Shown here: positions 58,177 to 64,000 of the stretch, in pieces | Layout of the letters: every line of letters begins with the position of its first letter | How positions within the stretch are numbered: the first letter of the stretch is position 1 | DNA from: Streptacidiphilus sp. MAP12-33 | Lineage (GTDB): Bacteria; Actinomycetota; Actinomycetes; Streptomycetales; Streptomycetaceae | Length of the DNA stretch: 64,000 bases | NCBI RefSeq assembly: GCF_041261265.1 | Contig: NZ_JBGCCA010000031.1 | Span: 1 to 64,000 of the forward strand | Reading direction: 5' to 3' | Program-made: the position numbers and the translations under genes | Notes under the pieces: model-generated | Seen by the model: the letters and a program-made list of their open reading frames with translations, nothing else | The model's database searches: none | What the model was told of the DNA's origin: nothing

Positions 58177-58221
58177 CCGTGCAGCATGCCACGCCCCGTC
58201 GGGGCGACCTCCCGCGACCTC

Positions 58222-58815
58222 TCAGGCCTCCGGCTCGACAGCGACCCGCAGCCCGGCGAGCGCCGCGGTCCCGGCCGGATCGGCACCGGCCTTCGGCGCC
58301 GCGATGCCGACCGCGTCCAGCGGGCGCAACGGACCTGCGCCGTCCACGCCGCGCCGGCTCTCGTGCTGGTGCGGTGTGCAGAGGTAGACGGCGCGCAGAC
58401 CGCCGCCCTCCCGCGCGGGTGCCGCCACCACGCGGTCCATGCGGGCCGGGCCCGCACAGACCGGGCAGTCCTGCGTCCCCCGCCGCGCCTGCCGGCTCGG
58501 GTGCGGTTCCCTGGCCGCGACGAGGTGGATCGGGTAGACGAGGAAGACCGGCACGACCAGCAGTCGCCCGGCGACGGACGCGAACAGCACGAGGGTCAGC
58601 ACACCGGCGAACACGGCCACCGCGAGGCGGTAGGACATCCGCGGCCAGAGCGTCGCGAGACCGTGGAGGCCCATCAGCACCGGAACCTGGACAGCCGCCG
58701 TCAGCAGGCCGAGCGCCAGCGCGAACGGCAGGAGCGGCCACAGGCCGAAGGCCAGTGGGAGACCGAAGGTGACCAGCATCCAGACCAAGGCGAATCTGCC
58801 CACCTCCCGGCTCAC
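58222..58815 (-). CDS. Membrane protein with a C-terminal CxxC zinc-ribbon (paralogue of the next gene)
   Basis: It has a GTG start coupled to the upstream stop, TM helices and 'CPVCAGP...CTPHQH'. Confidence 0.4.
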   Translation of the reverse strand: MSREVGRFALVWMLVTFGLPLAFGLWPLLPFALALGLLTAAVQVPVLMGLHGLATLWPRMSYRLAVAVFAGVLTLVLFASVAGRLLVVPVFLVYPIHLVAAREPHPSRQARRGTQDCPVCAGPARMDRVVAAPAREGGGLRAVYLCTPHQHESRRGVDGAGPLRPLDAVGIAAPKAGADPAGTAALAGLRVAVEPEA

Positions 58816-59297
58816 CGGTCGGCCCGCCCTGGTGCCGTCCGGGTCGGCGAACCTGGTGCGTTCACTCGGGCCTCTTCTCGGGGCTCTTCTCGGGACGAAG
58901 CTCCTTCGGCGCGCAGTGGCCCGCCTTCGTCCGCCCAGCGCCAGCTGCGGTGCTCCACCACGGCGCACGTGTACACCGCGCGCAGCCGCAGTTCGCCGGA
59001 GTCGTCGATGCGAGCGGCCTCGATGACAGCGGCGGACAGGACCCCACCGCACTCGGGACACCACTCAGCCGCACGTGTCCGTTGCGACCATGTCGACAGG
59101 GCCGCGATCGCAGCGAAAAGCGCCCCGAGGGGGATGAGCAGCGAGAAAGGACCGACGAAGAAGGTCGCGAGCGCGGTGATCGTCAGCACGAGCAGCAATC
59201 CCCCTACCGCAACGAACAGTGCGACACCGATCGTCGCGGCACGCCACAGCAGGCCGTCTCGCTGGCGCACGCAGGCCACGCCCTCGGTCGCGTTCAT
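58812..59297 (-). CDS. Membrane protein with a C-terminal CxxC zinc-ribbon
   Basis: 'MNATEGVACVRQ...' with TMs and 'CPECGGV...CAVVEH'. Confidence 0.4.
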   Translation of the reverse strand: MNATEGVACVRQRDGLLWRAATIGVALFVAVGGLLLVLTITALATFFVGPFSLLIPLGALFAAIAALSTWSQRTRAAEWCPECGGVLSAAVIEAARIDDSGELRLRAVYTCAVVEHRSWRWADEGGPLRAEGASSREEPREEARVNAPGSPTRTAPGRADR

Positions 59298-59449
59298 CGC
59301 GTCCCTCCGAGCCGCTCCGGCCAGTGGGCCGTCACTGCTGCGGCGATCAGACCGAGGCCCAGTCCCACGCCGGACAGGCCAAGCGCCAGGCCGAGGAGCA
59401 GGGAGAGCGTGAAGCCCTCGCCGAGGCCGCGCCACGGAAGGCGCGCCAT
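59294..59449 (-). CDS. Small membrane protein
   Basis: 'MARLPWRGLGEGFTLSLLLGLALGLSGVGLGLGLIAAAV'. Confidence 0.3.
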   Translation of the reverse strand: MARLPWRGLGEGFTLSLLLGLALGLSGVGLGLGLIAAAVTAHWPERLGGTR

Positions 59450-59580
59450 GTCGTCGACGGCGGCGGTGGCGGTGGCGGTGGCGGTGGCCGACGGTGGCCA
59501 CGCATCCCCACTGATCACTCTGCCGCTCACCCTGGTCTCCCCTCCTGCGGCCGCGCCGGAGGGACCGAGCCGGGCTCGGG

Positions 59581-60450
59581 TCAGTCCTTGGCGCGCCGCC
59601 TGCGCTTGGTGCCGCCCTCGGCCCCTGCCTTCGCGGCAGCCGGACGGACGACGGTCGCCTTGCCGATCGACGTGTGGCCGATGGTCGGCAGGACGAATTC
59701 CTTGATCATGTCCACCGCGTCGCGAACCAGCGGGCGGAAGACCCGGTAGCGCGACAGGGTGACGAGCTTGGCGACGAACGGGGCGCAGCGCTTGACGAAG
59801 GCCCGGCTGCGTTCGGTGTCGTCGGTGCGGTCGAAGACCCAGTACAGGACGACGACCATGAGGTGCAGCCAGAGCAGGTCGGGCAGCAGCTCGTCCAGCT
59901 CCGGGTCGATCTTCGGGCCGAGGTCGGAGCCGTCCAGAACCTCACGGAAGAGCTGGACGGCCGTCTCGCGGGCCGGGTGGGACTCGTTGGAGAAGGGGCT
60001 CAGCGCGCTGTCCGGATCCGCCGCGGTCCGGAAGAACTGCGCGGCGAACTCGTGGTACGGCGCGGCGCAGTCGATCCACGACTCCAGGGCGATGGTGAGC
60101 CGGTCCGAGAAGTCGGTCCGGCCCTCCATCCGGGCGCGGGCGTCGACCAGGTGCTCGTAGGTCATCCGGTCGTAGAACCCCTGGATCAGGAATTCCTTGC
60201 CCTGGTAGTAGTAGTAGGCGTTCCCGACCGAGACGCCCGCCTCCGCGGCGATCGCGCGCATCGTGGTCTTCTCGTAGCCCCGCTCCTGGAACAGGCGCAT
60301 GGCCGTCTCCAGGATCAGCGCGCGGGTTCGCTCGCTCTTCGCCGTCTTCGCGTTCTCCGCGCCTTCCGGATGCTCCGAGCTCTCCGGCTGCTCCGCGTGC
60401 GCGGTGGCGGCCGGGGTCTCGGTGGACGGGGCTGGCAGTTCGTCGGTCAC
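59581..60450 (-). CDS. TetR-family transcriptional regulator
   Basis: 'RTRALILETAMRLFQERGYEKTTMRAIAAEAGVSVGNAYYYY'. Confidence 0.85.
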   Translation of the reverse strand: MTDELPAPSTETPAATAHAEQPESSEHPEGAENAKTAKSERTRALILETAMRLFQERGYEKTTMRAIAAEAGVSVGNAYYYYQGKEFLIQGFYDRMTYEHLVDARARMEGRTDFSDRLTIALESWIDCAAPYHEFAAQFFRTAADPDSALSPFSNESHPARETAVQLFREVLDGSDLGPKIDPELDELLPDLLWLHLMVVVLYWVFDRTDDTERSRAFVKRCAPFVAKLVTLSRYRVFRPLVRDAVDMIKEFVLPTIGHTSIGKATVVRPAAAKAGAEGGTKRRRRAKD

Positions 60451-60459
60451 GGATCGAGG

Positions 60460-61008
60460 CTATCCGGACCATGCCCGGCAGTCGGCGCCGCAGGAGGGAT
60501 CGTCGTCCCCTGGGCCGGTCGCGGCTGCGGCGGCCGCCCCCCGCGCGGTCGCCGCAGCCGTTCCCGTCCCCCCTCCCCCGTCGCGGCGGGTCAGGAGCTT
60601 GCGCCCCGTCGCCGCCGCGACCACCGCCGCCCGGGCGAGCGGAAGCCCGGCCGGCGTGCTGAGCCGGTGCGCAATGGTCCGGTGGCCGGCCAGCGCCCAC
60701 AGGCAGACGATCCAGGCCGCCTGGCCCTCGTAGACCTGGCCCGCGTCGCCGACCACGGTGATCTCGGCCTGCGCCCGCACCTGGTCCAGCTGCGGGAACC
60801 TGGCCCTGGCCTCCGCCGAGCCCACGTCGACGAAGTACAGCGGCACGAGCTGCCGCTGCCGCTCCAGCCAGCGGCGCAGGAAGCTGCACAGAGGGCAGTC
60901 CGGATCGGACAGCACCGTCAGCCAGTGGACCGGAGCGTCGCCGGCTCCCCGGTCCGTGGCCGGCTGCGACTGCCGCGACCGCCGCACCGGCGGCTGCGCG
61001 TGGGACAT
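60460..61008 (-). CDS. DCC-family thiol-disulfide oxidoreductase (DUF393)
   Basis: 'LTVLSDPDCPLCSFLRRWLERQ'. Confidence 0.6.
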   Translation of the reverse strand: MSHAQPPVRRSRQSQPATDRGAGDAPVHWLTVLSDPDCPLCSFLRRWLERQRQLVPLYFVDVGSAEARARFPQLDQVRAQAEITVVGDAGQVYEGQAAWIVCLWALAGHRTIAHRLSTPAGLPLARAAVVAAATGRKLLTRRDGGGGTGTAAATARGAAAAAATGPGDDDPSCGADCRAWSG

Positions 61009-61011
61009 CGC

Positions 61012-61437
61012 TCAGACCTGCGGAGCGACGGGCGGCGCGGTGGGCAGGGTCCAGCCGGTCGGCGGGACCGGCGGCCTGGGCTCGTTGCGCGTCCGGGCGC
61101 TGACCCGGAAGCGGTTGAGCACGTAGACGTTGAGCAGGTGCATCACACCCAGGACCAGCAGCACCGTGCCGACCTTGTAGGACAGGGCGCGGAACACCCC
61201 GGGCACGTCCTGCACGTCGTTGTCGCCGACGCGCAGCCACAGTGCGACGAAACCCAGGTTGACCAGGTAGAAGCCGACCACCAGCAGGTGGTTCACGGCC
61301 TCGGCCAGCTTCTCGTTCCCGTGGAAGACGTCCGCCAGGAACACGCGGCCCGCCCGGCTCAGCGTCCGGCCGACCCAGACCGTGAGCGACAGGCTCAACG
61401 CCAGGTAGACCACGTAGGTGACGACGGTGGAGTTCAT
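61012..61437 (-). CDS. Membrane protein (DUF), the first gene of a membrane-DCC-TetR operon
   Basis: The start 'MNSTVVTYVVYLALSLSL' is at 61437. The upstream part of the six-frame ORF is a translation of the palindromic operators. Confidence 0.5.
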   Translation of the reverse strand: MNSTVVTYVVYLALSLSLTVWVGRTLSRAGRVFLADVFHGNEKLAEAVNHLLVVGFYLVNLGFVALWLRVGDNDVQDVPGVFRALSYKVGTVLLVLGVMHLLNVYVLNRFRVSARTRNEPRPPVPPTGWTLPTAPPVAPQV

Positions 61438-61471
61438 CTCGGCAGCCCTTCGACCTTCGATCAAGCGATTC

Positions 61472-61530
61472 TTGAACGCGTTCAAATCCTGCGCTCGAGA
61501 GGAGCGTAGCAGCTTTTTGAACGCGTTCAA
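61472..61530. promoter_or_regulatory. Two perfect 14-bp palindromes TTGAACGCGTTCAA (61472-61485 and 61517-61530), a putative TetR operator pair
   Basis: Direct reading, immediately upstream of the 61437 start codon. Confidence 0.6.
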
Positions 61531-61636
61531 GATGCCGGGCGAGACCGGAACCTCAGATCTGGATCAGATGTGTTGTGGGCCCGGACCGGGCTGGGCACAG
61601 TGACCTCGAAAGCCCGAGGCGAAGGGGGAGCAGGAG

Positions 61637-61981
61637 ATGCTGATCGGGTTGTTGATCGTCGTCGCTGTCGTCGCGGTCCTGGTACCGGTGGCCGTGGACC
61701 GTGCGCAGAAGAGGCGCCAGGCGGGCGGACACCCGCAACGCCCCGTCCCGTTCCCACCGCGGGACGGGCTGTCCTACCTGCCGGACTCCGACCCGACGCG
61801 GATGCCGTGGACCGACCCCGGCCTCCCTGGCGCCACGCAGCACCACGGGGGCCACCACCACGGCGGTCACCAGGGCGTCGACAGTCACCACAGCCAGCAC
61901 CACGGCCACCACGACAGCGGCTCGTCCTGGTCCGGCTCCTCCGGTTCCTCCGACTTCGGCGGCGGCCACCACCACGGCTGA
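61637..61981 (+). CDS. Small membrane-anchored His-rich protein
   Basis: It has an N-terminal TM and a C-terminal 'HHGGHHHGGHQGVDSHHSQHHGHHD...GGGHHHG'. Confidence 0.45.
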   Translation: MLIGLLIVVAVVAVLVPVAVDRAQKRRQAGGHPQRPVPFPPRDGLSYLPDSDPTRMPWTDPGLPGATQHHGGHHHGGHQGVDSHHSQHHGHHDSGSSWSGSSGSSDFGGGHHHG

Positions 61982-62046
61982 CGGCACACACGACGAGGGG
62001 CCGGGCGGCTCACGCCACCCGGCCCCTCGTCGTCGTCCCTGAGGGC

Positions 62047-63063
62047 TCAGCCCACCCCGAGCCTGCTCGTCTCCCACAGCACCAGTGCTGTCAGCACCGC
62101 GAACACCAGCACCACCGCACCGGCCTGCGCCCACGGCCGCACCTTGCCGCGCGGCGCGAAGGCGAATCCCGCCCCGACCGCCAGGCCGGCGAGCAGACCG
62201 CCGAGGTGGCCCTGCCAGGAGTCGATCCCGGCCGAGACGACCATCCACAGCACGAACATGGCCAGCAGGCCGTTGCCGCCCAGCGGGTCGTTGCGCAGCC
62301 GGCGGCTCATCACCCAGTACCCGCCGACCAGCCCGAAGATCGCACCGGAGGCACCGAGCGTGGGGGTGTCCGGCGCCAGCAGGTAGACAGCGGTCGACCC
62401 GCCCAGCGCGGCGACCAGGTAGAGCGCCACGTAGCGGGCCCGGCCGAGCTGGGCCTCCATCACCGGACCGAGGCGCCACAGCCAGATCATGTTGAACAGG
62501 ATGTGGAAGATCCCGATGCCGCCCGCCGGCAACGCGTGCAGGAACGCCGAGGTCAGCAGGCGGTAGTACTCGCCGTGCGCGACGCCGACGGCCGTCGCCC
62601 CGTCCGGCAGCACGCCCGGCCAGATGAAGATCGGCTGCCCGGGAGAGGTGTAGCCCCGGCCCAGCAGGTCGAAGCGGTCGACCACCGTGGTGTCACGCAG
62701 CTCGCCGACGTAGGCGAGCAGGTTGAGCAGGATCAGCGTGATCGTCGCGATCGGCGGCCCGCCGGCGATCCGCCCGCCGAAGACCGTCCGCGCCCGGCGC
62801 TGCGACTTCACGCCCTCGCGCAGGCATTCGGGGCAGTGGAAGCCGACGGAGGCGGCCCGCATGCAGTCCGGACAGATGACGCGCTCGCACCGGGTGCAGC
62901 GCACGTAGCACTCGCGGTCCGGGTGGCGATAGCAGGTCGACACCGCGGGCGGCGCGTCGACGGGCGCGTCGACCGGCGCGGCCTGGGAGGGGATCCCCGC
63001 CGCGGACGGACCCGCGTGCGGCGCCCCTGCGGAGGTTGGCTGCGCGTTCTCCTGGTGCTCCAT
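62047..63063 (-). CDS. Rhomboid-family intramembrane serine protease with an N-terminal zinc-ribbon
   Basis: 'GASGAIFGLVG' (the catalytic Ser) and 'FLHALPAGGIGIFHILFNM' (the catalytic His). The N-terminus has CxxC..CxxC. Confidence 0.8.
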   Translation of the reverse strand: MEHQENAQPTSAGAPHAGPSAAGIPSQAAPVDAPVDAPPAVSTCYRHPDRECYVRCTRCERVICPDCMRAASVGFHCPECLREGVKSQRRARTVFGGRIAGGPPIATITLILLNLLAYVGELRDTTVVDRFDLLGRGYTSPGQPIFIWPGVLPDGATAVGVAHGEYYRLLTSAFLHALPAGGIGIFHILFNMIWLWRLGPVMEAQLGRARYVALYLVAALGGSTAVYLLAPDTPTLGASGAIFGLVGGYWVMSRRLRNDPLGGNGLLAMFVLWMVVSAGIDSWQGHLGGLLAGLAVGAGFAFAPRGKVRPWAQAGAVVLVFAVLTALVLWETSRLGVG

Positions 63064-63239
63064 GCGGCCTGCGGCTCCACTCGGTGCGACAGTGCGAGGC
63101 GGCCGCGCCGAACGGCAGCCGATCGCGGGGCGGTCTCGGGACGATCGATGTGGAGGCTAGCGAAGCCCCGGCGGCACCGAAAGGCGCGGGCCCCGGCACG
63201 ACGTCCGCCCGTGGCTCCGGCACCGGCCGGGCCGGTGCC

Positions 63240-63992
63240 CTACCGCACCCGGTACTCGTAGGGCGTCGTCGTGGCGAGCTGCGCGAAGCCGAGCCGGGCC
63301 AGGATCGGGCGGCTCTGGTCGGAGGCGTCGACGAAGAGGTAGCGGTAGCCGCGCTCGACGGCCACCCGGGCCCGGTGGGCCACCAGCGCCCGGTAGATGC
63401 CGCGGCCGCGCCACTCGGCGACGGTGCCGCCGCCCCACAGACCGGCGAAGTCGGTGCCCTCGTTGAAGTCCATCCGCGCCGCGCAGACCGGCCGGTCCCC
63501 GGCCATGGCCAGCAGCACCTGCAGGCTCTCCGGGGCGACCTCCAGCTGGGCGAGCAGGCGCGCCTTGATCCGCGGGCCCGTGCCGACGGCGAAGGCCTCG
63601 TCGTGCACGGCGGCCACCAGGTCCACGCCGGCGGCGTCGGCCACCGTCACCAGTTCGACGCCGTCCGGCAGCGGCGCCGCGATCCGGGCGACGACCGCGG
63701 CCTCGGCGACCATCAGCGCCTCCGTGTCCTCGGCGGCGAACCCGGCCGCCGTCAGCCGCACCCCGAGGTCGGCGGGCTGGTCATGGCTGTACAGCTTCCA
63801 CTCGAAGCTCTCGACGTCCGGCCGCGCGCCGTACTCGGCCACCTGCCGCGCGATCGCCTCGTCCGCCCCGGCCGCGTCCAGCCCCGACCAGAGCACCCCG
63901 TTCCACAGCTCCCCCGGCCCCACCTGCCGCACCACGTCCCCGACCCGCTCGACGCGCGCCAGCGCGTGATCGGGGCGGGCCTCCCGGCGCAT
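63240..63992 (-). CDS. GNAT-family N-acetyltransferase
   Basis: 'AARMDFNEGTDFAGLWGGGTVAEWRGRGIYRALV' is the GNAT motif A. Confidence 0.7.
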   Translation of the reverse strand: MRREARPDHALARVERVGDVVRQVGPGELWNGVLWSGLDAAGADEAIARQVAEYGARPDVESFEWKLYSHDQPADLGVRLTAAGFAAEDTEALMVAEAAVVARIAAPLPDGVELVTVADAAGVDLVAAVHDEAFAVGTGPRIKARLLAQLEVAPESLQVLLAMAGDRPVCAARMDFNEGTDFAGLWGGGTVAEWRGRGIYRALVAHRARVAVERGYRYLFVDASDQSRPILARLGFAQLATTTPYEYRVR

Positions 63993-64000
63993 CTGTCGGT

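Noticed and set aside
58812-59501. A full-length 229-aa ORF and the overlapping 280-aa ORF 58222-59064 as two large genes
   Set aside because: They overlap by about 250 bp in different frames. The N-terminal halves are Arg-rich nonsense, and internal coupled starts give a more plausible three-small-gene arrangement.

Overview
This is a high-GC, Streptomyces-like actinobacterial chromosome segment, with two integrated pSAM2-type integrative/conjugative elements (AICEs) sitting in a conserved housekeeping backbone. The backbone genes are msiK, rlmB, cysS, ispDF, carD, phoRP/phoU, gpmA and nfo. The window opens on a perfect 9-bp tandem repeat. That is followed on the minus strand by an NfeD-like / flotillin / 1763-aa AAA+ protein operon (92-8471). 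AICE-1 (about 9343-23185, 13.8 kb) sits in the 3' end of a tRNA-Thr(UGU) gene, flanked by a perfect 44-bp direct repeat. It carries int, xis, a RepSA-like rolling-circle initiator, an FtsK-like TraSA, a GntR KorSA-like repressor, NUDIX and Spd-like genes. It also carries a lower-GC cargo island encoding an HNH (modification-dependent-like) nuclease, a YefM/YoeB toxin-antitoxin pair and a TPR-containing protein of unknown function. AICE-2 (about 37.8-53.4 kb) ends at a tyrosine integrase and excisionase next to the 3' end of gpmA, a non-tRNA site. It carries prim-pol plus P4-type primase/helicase replication genes, an FtsK-like TraB, a GntR repressor and a WhiB-like protein with three Cys-repeat modules. 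It also has iterons, a dense GTGACGCAG motif array, and a low-GC three-gene cargo cassette (HTH-P-loop kinase, guanylate-kinase/PhnN-like kinase, NAD(P)-binding dehydrogenase) of unknown function. Other notable items are a 57-aa metallothionein-like ORF missing from the ORF track, dispersed REP-like intergenic repeats, and twin perfect 14-bp palindromes upstream of a membrane-DCC-TetR operon. All calls rest on reading the sequence and on recalled family motifs; no database searches were run.
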